20,000 nucleotides of DNA, taken from an uncultured virus (IMG/VR IMGVR_UViG_2660238084_000001). Taxonomy: Duplodnaviria > Heunggongvirae > Uroviricota > Caudoviricetes. The stretch is from the IMG/VR virus record IMGVR_UViG_2660238084_000001; one strand, 5' to 3'. Position numbers and translations under genes: made by a program. The notes below the pieces were generated by a model. That model was not told the DNA's origin, ran no database searches, and saw only the letters and a list, made by a program, of their open reading frames with translations. Shown here piece after piece: positions 1 through 6,502 of this stretch. Every line of letters starts with the position of its first letter. The stretch's first letter is position 1.

Positions 1-1
1 A

Positions 2-580
2 TCCCGCGTGGGAAACTACGAGTCGGGAACGCGGGAGCCTACGCTCGGGGATATTGAGGTGATGGCAAAAGCGCTAGGCGTTCCCTACGGGGTATTGCTC
101 ATCGGAGAAGACTTCGCGTTATCCAAAGGATCGATCAGCGAATCCTCCAACGTCGCGATGATCACCCAGCCTGCGCAGATGTACAGCTACCCGGTCGTGA
201 GCTGGGTAACTGCCGGCGCTTGGTCGGAAGCAGTGCAGCCGTTCCCGGACGGGTTTTCAGATCGATACGAAGTTTCAGATTACAAGGCAAAAGGGCCTGC
301 ATTTTGGCTGGAGGTCAAAGGCGACTCTATGACTGCACCGTCCGCCCCTTCTGTTCCTGAAGGTTCCCAGATATTGGTCGACACAGAGGCTGATGTCCGC
401 CCAGGCAAGCTGGTAATCGCGAAGCTGGCAGGCAGCAATGAGGCAACCTTCAAGAAGCTGGTTGAGGATGGGGGGATCAGATACCTGAAGCCGCTGAACC
501 CTGCCTACCCTACCTTTCAGTGCGCAGAGGACTGTCGCATTATTGGTGTGGTGGTCATGGCACTGACGAAGTTCATTTGA
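2..580 (+). CDS. cI: CI-like phage repressor (XRE HTH plus S24 autopeptidase), 5' end outside the window
   Basis: Frame is open from base 2. SRVGNYESGTREP is an XRE recognition helix; Ala-Gly cleavage site in VTAGAW; catalytic Ser in GDSM and Lys in EATFKKL; C-terminal LKPLNPAYP...IIGVV. Confidence 0.93.
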   Translation, partial: SRVGNYESGTREPTLGDIEVMAKALGVPYGVLLIGEDFALSKGSISESSNVAMITQPAQMYSYPVVSWVTAGAWSEAVQPFPDGFSDRYEVSDYKAKGPAFWLEVKGDSMTAPSAPSVPEGSQILVDTEADVRPGKLVIAKLAGSNEATFKKLVEDGGIRYLKPLNPAYPTFQCAEDCRIIGVVVMALTKFI

Positions 581-664
581 ATTATTTAAAGAAGATGGCG
601 TAGCAGGTATCTCCCAAGGCAGCGTGCCCGACGCCTGCGAGTCATTGTCTAGAAAGGAATCAGT

Positions 665-991
665 ATGCGAATAGCTCTAATCATGCTGGCGGTCGCATTG
701 GCCGGATGCGCCTCAAAAGCCCCTCCCAAGCTTGGAGAAGCGGCGCAGGCTAGACTGGATAGACCAATGCCCGCCTCGGAAGAACAGCGCGTATGGGAGT
801 GTGCGGGGACCACAGACACAATCAAGGGCCTTGCCGTTATTCTTCGAATGCAAGGGCACCCGATCGATTGGGACGGCGAAATTTGGTCGGTCGCTGAAAG
901 AGCCCGACGCCTGGGCTGCACCCAGGCTGAAATGGACGCCCCTGATCAAGGCCGCTGGTCAAGCAAGGGATCCTCTCACAAAGCGAATTAA
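665..991 (+). CDS. Putative lipoprotein
   Basis: SD-like AAAGGA upstream; signal peptide with lipobox LAG-C (MRIALIMLAVALAGC); two further Cys residues. Confidence 0.8.
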   Translation: MRIALIMLAVALAGCASKAPPKLGEAAQARLDRPMPASEEQRVWECAGTTDTIKGLAVILRMQGHPIDWDGEIWSVAERARRLGCTQAEMDAPDQGRWSSKGSSHKAN

Positions 992-1206
992 TGGCTTGGA
1001 TGGTTGTGAGAAATACCGCTTCATGCCTTGGCATGGGGATTTGTAGCGCTAAATCAGGAGTCAGTCATGAGAAACAGGATGATGGCTCCATTGACGCAAG
1101 GCTAGATTTCTTTCTATGCGGCGGAGGCGGCTTGTAAGTGATATCCGGTCAAGGAGCACCAAGTTGTCGGCCGGGGCATCTGGCCCGTCATTCATGGAAA
1201 TGTGAG

Positions 1207-1515
1207 ATGAATGTATTTCGAGTCGCGGTACTCATAGTCGCTTCGCTTATTGTCTCAAGCTGCGCCAGCAAGCCAAAAACTGAATACGAAAAGAAAGTCG
1301 AAGCCATACCAATGCCAGCGACTGAAGCCGAGCGACTTGAGCAATGTCGGGCAGTTCAGAGTCTCGCAAGATCAGCCTTTATTGACGACGTGCTTCACGA
1401 CGCCCAGCGCACAGACCCCGGCCCTGGCTTCCCGGCTTACGATGAGTCGGTGTATCCAGCGCTTATGCGACGCCATCGTGCAATGAATTGCCCTAGCTTT
1501 AATTTGCTAAAGTGA
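1207..1515 (+). CDS. Putative lipoprotein, paralog of 665-991
   Basis: ATG at 1207 gives MNVFRVAVLIVASLIVSS-C (lipobox). Shares CASK, PMPA.E..R...C and R.R...C motifs with 665-991. Confidence 0.75.
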   Translation: MNVFRVAVLIVASLIVSSCASKPKTEYEKKVEAIPMPATEAERLEQCRAVQSLARSAFIDDVLHDAQRTDPGPGFPAYDESVYPALMRRHRAMNCPSFNLLK

Positions 1516-1736
1516 TGAGCGCATGGCGAGAACAGGCTTTCCGGAGCAAGGCCAGGGTCATTGCCTGGCTGGCGTTACTCATGGTGATTCCTGGCGCGTC
1601 CGACTCGGCCTGGCTGAGCGGAGGATCATCCGGCCGCAAGCGGGTCTTCAGTTCGGGCTTCGTCGTATTGTGCGTTTTCGTGGCTGTGGTTGAGCTGATA
1701 GCGCTGAATCACTTCTATGGTATGCGGGTGAGGTAA
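1512..1736 (+). CDS. Small membrane protein with two hydrophobic segments
   Basis: Start overlaps the upstream stop (GTGATGA); hydrophobic runs VIAWLALLMVIPG and FVVLCVFVAVVELIAL. Confidence 0.55.
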   Translation: MMSAWREQAFRSKARVIAWLALLMVIPGASDSAWLSGGSSGRKRVFSSGFVVLCVFVAVVELIALNHFYGMRVR

Positions 1737-1770
1737 AGGCTGGGCAGATTGCGCGAGGCCGGGCCACATA

Positions 1771-1834
1771 GGTTGACAAATCTCAATTTCAGCAATGAAA
1801 TTTGGTTGACAAATCAGGGAATCAGCAAGAACAT
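1771..1834 (+). promoter_or_regulatory. Promoter/operator region of the 1867-3570 operon
   Basis: GGTTGACAAATC occurs at 1771-1782 and 1804-1815, each containing a perfect TTGACA. A perfect 7-4-7 palindrome AATTTCA-GCAA-TGAAATT lies at 1785-1802. The -10 candidates are weak (TGAAAT, GAACAT). Confidence 0.65.
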
Positions 1835-1866
1835 GCCACCATCAATACTTGGTGAGAGCAAGTCGC

Positions 1867-2463
1867 ATGTCCCATAAACCCGCCTTTTTTCACTCAGACC
1901 TTACCGATGACCGCCTTAGCGTGATCGCTGATGCGTTGCTGGATATCAGGTTTACGACCATCCAAGAAATGCAGTCGGAATACGACTCTAATTTTAGCCG
2001 CGAAGTGGCGGCTTTCGAGCGGTCAAAAAACATGCTGATTTCCATGTGCATGTCAAAGTCCCACAAATGGCTTTCACTATCGAATCCTGGCATGGATGTA
2101 ACTTTTTGCATCGGCGGTGTTCCATGCCGCTTCTTTCGTGATGACCCTGAGAGCCCCGACAAGAAAGGGTTTTTCAAGCGCAATTCCGTTGATGACATGT
2201 TCTCTGAAGATGACGATCACCCTGTGATCTGGCGTTTTGTCATTGAGCGAGCGGAGGGAGATGAAAGCGAGGACAGAGCGCACTTCATCGGTTACAACGT
2301 TTACCAGGAAAAAGTCTCTCAGTGGACTCATGGCTCCAGGGGTGCTTACCTGCATTCTGTTGGCGGTCCTGCTCCTGCATCTAAGACGTTGCTTCCCGCC
2401 CAGATCGATCTCCTGGAAGACGATATTGATAATACTGGTAACAATGACGCGGTTAACGAGTAA
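1867..2463 (+). CDS. Hypothetical protein, candidate toxin/effector partner of the downstream HTH-peptidase
   Basis: 198-aa ORF from ATG 1867 (alternative TTG at 1849); acidic, probably disordered C-terminal tail; stop lies 3 nt before the next ATG; visibly more AT-rich than the phage core. Confidence 0.8.
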   Translation: MSHKPAFFHSDLTDDRLSVIADALLDIRFTTIQEMQSEYDSNFSREVAAFERSKNMLISMCMSKSHKWLSLSNPGMDVTFCIGGVPCRFFRDDPESPDKKGFFKRNSVDDMFSEDDDHPVIWRFVIERAEGDESEDRAHFIGYNVYQEKVSQWTHGSRGAYLHSVGGPAPASKTLLPAQIDLLEDDIDNTGNNDAVNE

Positions 2464-2466
2464 TAC

Positions 2467-3570
2467 ATGAGCCTTGCATTTGAAGGAGCGTCTCTCAAGC
2501 TTGCACGGGTGTTTTCCGCGATGGCTCTTGAAGAGGTTGGTGCTCTGGTTGGAAAAACCAGGCAATATGTTCACAAACTTGAAACAGGACAGAGTGCGCC
2601 GACTGAGACGCTAATTCTCAGCCTTGCTGAAGCACTCAATGTCGAGCCTGAGTTTTTCCAGTCCAGAGTCAATCGCCTTCATGAAGATCAGTTCCACTTC
2701 AGAAAGCTGCTTTCGACAACCAAAACCACCAAACAAGTAGCTATTGCTAGGGGCGAAGTCGTCCATTCGCTCATTGGCTATCTTGAGAAGCAGCTCAGGC
2801 TCCCGTCCGTCAACATACCTAGTATTCCAGACATCCATAGCCATGACTGCATTGAGCGGGCTGCCGAAAGCTGCCGCGAAGAATGGGATTTGGGGCTAGG
2901 GCCGGTGGACAATATGACGCGACTTGCAGAGAATCTGGGAGCCGTTGTTTTAAGCTTCGAAGGCCTCACAAAAGAAATTGATGCGTTGTCAGTAGCAGTC
3001 GAAAGGCCTTTCATTGTGAGAAACAACTCGAAAGAAAGTACTAGTCGGTATCGATTCGACATCGCGCATGAACTTGGCCATCTTGTTATGCATGAAGGCG
3101 TTGTAACTGGCGATCGAATCACTGAAAACCAAGCCAACCGATTTGCTAGCGCTTTTTTGTTGCCAAGAAGTATGATGATGAAGTTTTTCCCACGCCCAAA
3201 CGGGACAAGACTTGATTGGAAAGGCATTCGGGAGTTTAAGGGAAACTGGAAAGTCAGCAAGGGCGCAATCTTGTATAGGGCTCGTCAGCTTGAAATAATC
3301 ACTGACGCCCAATACAAAACTGGCGTCATTACATTAAAGAAGCATGAAGGAACACGAGAGAAGGATGACTATCTAATCCCCGAGGAGCCGCCAGAGGTGT
3401 TACTCAAATCTCTAGCTTTGCTCGCCTCTAAGAAAGGACTTTGTGAAGAACAACTCGCTAGGGCGCTTAATGTGAAGCCAGCTTTCCTCAGAGAGCTTCT
3501 GGGCCCATCGACCTTAGCCCCTCTGCAGTCAGTGGCTAAGCGAGCTGGGTACCTTCGAATCATTAAGTGA
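2467..3570 (+). CDS. XRE-family HTH fused to ImmA/IrrE (Peptidase_M78, COG2856) zinc metallopeptidase
   Basis: N-terminal HTH (LKLARVF...EEVGALVGKTRQYVHKLETG); RFDIAHELGH carries HExxH; ENQANRFASAFLLP; WKVSKGAILYRARQL. Confidence 0.92.
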   Translation: MSLAFEGASLKLARVFSAMALEEVGALVGKTRQYVHKLETGQSAPTETLILSLAEALNVEPEFFQSRVNRLHEDQFHFRKLLSTTKTTKQVAIARGEVVHSLIGYLEKQLRLPSVNIPSIPDIHSHDCIERAAESCREEWDLGLGPVDNMTRLAENLGAVVLSFEGLTKEIDALSVAVERPFIVRNNSKESTSRYRFDIAHELGHLVMHEGVVTGDRITENQANRFASAFLLPRSMMMKFFPRPNGTRLDWKGIREFKGNWKVSKGAILYRARQLEIITDAQYKTGVITLKKHEGTREKDDYLIPEEPPEVLLKSLALLASKKGLCEEQLARALNVKPAFLRELLGPSTLAPLQSVAKRAGYLRIIK

Positions 3571-3577
3571 AACACTT

Positions 3578-3603
3578 AGCCCGGCCCTGCGCCGGGCTTT
3601 CTT
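3578..3603 (+). terminator. Rho-independent terminator
   Basis: AGCCCGGC-cctgc-GCCGGGCT followed by TTCTT, just after the stop at 3570. Confidence 0.8.
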
Positions 3604-3663
3604 CAAGAAAGCTTTGCTCACGCCGATAGCCTTGTACTGCATCTCGCAGTGCAAGGAGGCTCT

Positions 3664-3795
3664 ATGAAAAAGATCGCTATCGCTGGGCTCATCGCACTAC
3701 TTTCATTCGCTTCAGTCTCTGCCTCAGCATGCCCCAAGGGCACGCATCCAACTGGCGGTACTGGCTCTCACCACAAAGGTGGGACCTGTAAGTAA
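3664..3795 (+). CDS. 43-aa secreted Cys/His/Gly-rich peptide (below the ORF-track cutoff)
   Basis: Strong SD AAGGAGG; MKKIAIAGLIALLSFASVSASA-CPKGTHPTGGTGSHHKGGTCK, a Sec signal peptide with an ASA cleavage motif; followed immediately by a terminator. Confidence 0.85.
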   Translation: MKKIAIAGLIALLSFASVSASACPKGTHPTGGTGSHHKGGTCK

Positions 3796-3799
3796 CAGG

Positions 3800-3824
3800 A
3801 GCCCGGCCCAGCGCCGGGCTTTTT
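3800..3824 (+). terminator. Rho-independent terminator, near-identical copy of 3578-3600
   Basis: AGCCCGGC-ccagc-GCCGGGCT-TTTT, between the peptide gene and the convergent DUF1652-like gene. Confidence 0.85.
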
Positions 3825-3828
3825 CGTT

Positions 3829-4101
3829 CTACCCCTTGTGCACCCTCTCCTGCCGATCAGCTGCTAGACGCCTGAGCCTCATCTCCCCTTTCACCTCAAG
3901 TACGAGCCCGACGATGTCCCTGATCGTCACCAGTGCCGTGGTATCGATGCCTGCGACTGTGTACGCCTCCATCTCGGTGCTCGTATCGAATACCTGAATC
4001 GTCATTGAGGCGTCTGACGCGATCACGCACACACACTTCATTGGCAAAAATGCTGCCTCTATGCAAGGACTCAGGTCCATTGGGGAATTCATTCGGTCCA
4101 T
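3829..4101 (-). CDS. DUF1652-like small protein; start uncertain
   Basis: IEAAFLPMKCVC..ASDASMTIQVFD...V.GID...LVTIRDIVGLVLEVKGEM resembles the Pseudomonas DUF1652 family as I recall it. Confidence 0.65.
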   Translation of the reverse strand: MDRMNSPMDLSPCIEAAFLPMKCVCVIASDASMTIQVFDTSTEMEAYTVAGIDTTALVTIRDIVGLVLEVKGEMRLRRLAADRQERVHKG

Positions 4102-4241
4102 CCTGGTTGCAAGCCAGGAGAATTCCTAGGACCTACGTTCCGCGGAGTGTAGCCGTGATATCGAATTGCGCTGGCGCTTTGCCTAAACAGTGACAATTGG
4201 CCCTGCCATCCAGCACCCGACACGCTGTTCTGCTCCAACCC

Positions 4242-4267
4242 AAGCCCGCCATTGAGTGGGTTTTTTT
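4242..4267 (+). terminator. Rho-independent terminator insulating pL
   Basis: AAGCCCGC-cattga-GTGGGTTT plus a T-run, directly upstream of the operators. Confidence 0.75.
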
Positions 4268-4285
4268 ATGAGCATAAGAAAATAA

Positions 4286-4327
4286 ATCACATTTCGTGTT
4301 GACCAAATAAACACAATACGTGATAGT
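4286..4327 (+). promoter_or_regulatory. pL-type promoter with two repressor operators (OL)
   Basis: TTGACC (4299-4304), 17 bp, GATAGT (4322-4327), comparable to lambda pL TTGACA-17-GATACT. Operators ATCAC-atttc-GTGTT (4286-4300) and AACAC-aatac-GTGAT (4310-4324) are 24 bp apart and overlap the -35 and -10 elements. Confidence 0.85.
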
Positions 4328-4358
4328 TAGCTCATCGCAGCGATCAACCGTAGCGACC

Positions 4359-4370
4359 CGCTCTTTAACA
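4359..4370 (+). promoter_or_regulatory. boxA antitermination element (nutL-like)
   Basis: CGCTCTTTAACA matches the boxA consensus, about 25 nt after the predicted pL start. Confidence 0.85.
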
Positions 4371-4384
4371 TCGCCAAAGACAAC

Positions 4385-4825
4385 CCCTGACGCCAGATGG
4401 CCGTTGAGTTCAGGGAACAGCACGAAACACAGTCTGCTACCGCGCACGATTACCCGGCGCGAAAGGTTTGCTGGAAACACAGAAACAAAAACGGAAAGCA
4501 TCACTGAAATACGCAATGAATTAGCGCCCCGAGCTTCGGCGATGAGGGGTGCCGGACCTCATGCACCCTGCCCACCTAACCGGGCAAACGAGCTGCAGCG
4601 TGCATGTTGTATAGGACCTGTGATCCAAGGCGAATAGATACAGATGCTGATTGACGCCCTGGGGAGGAAGCTCACCGCCAACCACTGAAAAAGACCGGCC
4701 AGCCCTGCAATCAACAGCGGGCAACTGGCCAACACCGTTGACGCAGCAAGCCGCGACCGACGCCAGTAGCGGGTCGCGGTGGACACCATCACTGAAGCAC
4801 CTGGCTTGCCGGGTGCTTTGGGATG
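4385..4825 (+). ncRNA. Structured 5' leader of the pL transcript
   Basis: Successive stems at 4385-4415, 4524-4552 (cUUCGg loop), 4560-4606, 4697-4730, 4751-4779 and 4787-4825. No credible CDS before 4846. Confidence 0.55.
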
Positions 4826-4845
4826 ACAACCACCGAGTAGACGTA

Positions 4846-5247
4846 ATGGATACCACCATCGTATGCGGGGCATGGAGAGGCCACCTCGGCCGTGGTCTTG
4901 CGCCGCGAGAGTTGCAGTTTTTGTTGTCAGCCGCCCAGGGCTGCACAGCCAAGGAAATCGCCCGCACATTCGGCATTGCGCCGGGCACGGTCGTTAAGCG
5001 GCTGTCGGTCGCCATGTACAAGCTCGGCGTGAATCGCCAGACAGCGATGATCGCCGAGGCCATGCGCCGCCAGATCATTTCCCCGCTCTGCCTCATGTTC
5101 ATGTCGGTCATCGTGCTGCACGCGATGCTGGACGACGAGTCGATGAGGCGAGACAGAAAGATCCCTGAGTCACGCCGGGGCGGTTACGAACTCAAGATCA
5201 GCCGCAAGGGCTCGGAAAAGCTCCGGCCAGTCGCGGCGATCTGCTGA
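4846..5247 (+). CDS. LuxR-type C-terminal HTH transcriptional regulator
   Basis: LAPRELQFLLSAAQGCTAKEIARTFGIAPGTVVKRLSVAMYKLGVNRQ is a GerE/LuxR HTH. ATG 4846 follows hairpin 4787-4825. No ligand-binding domain. Confidence 0.88.
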   Translation: MDTTIVCGAWRGHLGRGLAPRELQFLLSAAQGCTAKEIARTFGIAPGTVVKRLSVAMYKLGVNRQTAMIAEAMRRQIISPLCLMFMSVIVLHAMLDDESMRRDRKIPESRRGGYELKISRKGSEKLRPVAAIC

Positions 5248-5274
5248 CCACCACCAACCACCGGAGCAGAAGCG

Positions 5275-5472
5275 ATGATCATCATCGAAGACGGTTTCAC
5301 TAACGGCGCACAGGTAAGCATGCAGATGCACAAAGAGGCGGGTGAGCTATTTGTTTTTTATTGCCCTGCTGGCCAAGGCTGCAAAGTTAGCAAGTGGCCG
5401 CTGGATAGCTATCACATGCCAATCGCGATGGCTCATTACGAACAGTGCTGCGAGATGGAAAGGGCTGCGTGA
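5275..5472 (+). CDS. Hypothetical phage protein (65 aa)
   Basis: GGAG SD upstream; fills the space between the LuxR gene and the next hairpin. Confidence 0.7.
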   Translation: MIIIEDGFTNGAQVSMQMHKEAGELFVFYCPAGQGCKVSKWPLDSYHMPIAMAHYEQCCEMERAA

Positions 5473-5473
5473 A

Positions 5474-5525
5474 GATTTCACTGGCTGGCCTTGGCAACAG
5501 GGCTAGACGGGAAATCAACCGAGGG
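5474..5525 (+). repeat. Intergenic bulged-A hairpin plus SD, copy R1
   Basis: GATTTC-A-CTG-G-CTGGCCTTG-GCAA-CAGGGCTAG-A-CGG-GAAATC then AACCGAGGG. Confidence 0.85.
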
Positions 5526-5533
5526 AACAGAAG

Positions 5534-5725
5534 ATGACCACTGAACAGAGAGCGCCCTACCCGCGCTCAGCCGACAACGCGGACAAGATGAACCTGCCGG
5601 AAGGTATGACCTGCGGCGAATGCGTGCACTGCCGACGTTGCACGATGATGTTCGGCCACATACCGGAGGACGAGGCGTGTGACTGGAGCCCGTCGCGCTT
5701 CACGCCGGTGAAGGTGGTCGCCTGA
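5534..5725 (+). CDS. Small Cys-rich hypothetical protein
   Basis: CGECVHCRRC...C motif; GAGGG SD; bounded by hairpins R1 and R2. Confidence 0.75.
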   Translation: MTTEQRAPYPRSADNADKMNLPEGMTCGECVHCRRCTMMFGHIPEDEACDWSPSRFTPVKVVA

Positions 5726-5726
5726 C

Positions 5727-5775
5727 GATTTACTGATGCCGCTTCTATGAGGCGGCATTGGAAATCAACCGAGGG
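5727..5775 (+). repeat. Intergenic bulged-A hairpin plus SD, copy R2
   Basis: GATTT-A-CTGATGCCGCTTC-TAT-GAGGCGGCATTGG-AAATC then AACCGAGGG. Confidence 0.85.
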
Positions 5776-5782
5776 CAACACC

Positions 5783-6163
5783 ATGTTCAAACTCTTCGCG
5801 GGGCTCTTCCGCCGTAAGGTCCCAGCAATACCAGCGCAACCGCCGTGCGACGCAGCAGCAAGAACGCCACCCACCAAAACAGCAAGAACAGCGCCCAGTG
5901 CGCCACCCGCTTCTCCCGCGCCTATCCGGCGCGGAAGTTCACCCAGGCTGACAACAGCGACCGAGCGACGCACCACTGACGATGCAATCAGCTCACCTCT
6001 GCATCCGCTGAACCCGCTCAACTCTACGATTTACAGCCACAGCGATACGCCGGCGCGCTCTCATTGCAGCAGCCACAGCAGCAGCGACAGTTACAGCAGT
6101 TCAAGCGACAGCTCGAGTTGTTCATCGAGCGACAGCAGCTCATACAGCTCCAGCAGCGACTGA
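5783..6163 (+). CDS. Hypothetical Pro/Ala-rich protein with Ser-rich C-terminal tail
   Basis: ATG 5783 after GAGGG; MFKLFAGLFRRK...SSSDSYSSSSDSSSCSSSD. Confidence 0.7.
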   Translation: MFKLFAGLFRRKVPAIPAQPPCDAAARTPPTKTARTAPSAPPASPAPIRRGSSPRLTTATERRTTDDAISSPLHPLNPLNSTIYSHSDTPARSHCSSHSSSDSYSSSSDSSSCSSSDSSSYSSSSD

Positions 6164-6183
6164 GCAACCAGCGTCAGGTTGAC

Positions 6184-6234
6184 GATTTCACTGGCTGGCC
6201 TTGGCACCAGGGCCAGACGGGAATTCAACCGGAG
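6184..6234 (+). repeat. Intergenic bulged-A hairpin plus SD, copy R3
   Basis: Differs from R1 at 3 of about 48 nt; followed by AACCGGAG. Confidence 0.85.
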
Positions 6235-6242
6235 AACACGAA

Positions 6243-6488
6243 ATGATTGAACTAGGCAAGAAGGCCCGCGACAAGATCAGCGGATTCGAAGGCGTAATCA
6301 CCGGACGTGCGCAGTACCTCACGGGATGTGATCAATACGTGCTGTCGCCGGCTGCCAAGAATGGGGAAATGCAGAAATCAGAGTGGTTTGATGAAGGCCG
6401 TCTTGAAGTGACGGGCGACGGCGTAAGTGCCGAGTCAGTTGCAGGGCCACGGCCAGGGGGGCCACAGCGAGACGCCCCTGCTACCTGA
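6243..6488 (+). CDS. Hypothetical phage protein
   Basis: GGAG SD; MIELGKKARDKISGFEGVITGRAQYLTGCDQY...WFDEGRL, a small phage protein pattern I recognise. Confidence 0.8.
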   Translation: MIELGKKARDKISGFEGVITGRAQYLTGCDQYVLSPAAKNGEMQKSEWFDEGRLEVTGDGVSAESVAGPRPGGPQRDAPAT

Positions 6489-6502
6489 CTAATCATGACT
6501 CA

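Noticed and set aside
3635..3651. LexA (SOS) box upstream of the micropeptide
   Set aside because: Spacing is CTG-N7-CAG, not CTG-N10-CAG; better read as an RNA hairpin or another operator.
4320..4845. ORF 4320-4637 and the N-terminal extension 4651-4845 as an N-like antiterminator
   Set aside because: The first starts inside the -10/operator with no SD; neither has an Arg-rich motif; the sequence is better explained as RNA stems.
4846..5247. Quorum-sensing receptor
   Set aside because: Only the LuxR DNA-binding HTH is present; no autoinducer-binding domain and no synthase nearby.
6060..6160. CAG/AGC-rich tandem repeat and the Gln-rich ORF 6064-6246
   Set aside because: Explained by the Ser-rich tail of CDS 5783-6163; the Gln-rich ORF is an alternative frame.
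5474..6234. CRISPR array or integron attC sites suggested by the recurring roughly 48-bp palindromic repeats
   Set aside because: Intervals are 200-400-bp protein-coding genes of unequal length, repeats vary in sequence, there are no cas genes, and no RYYYAAC/GTTRRRY attC ends or integron integrase.
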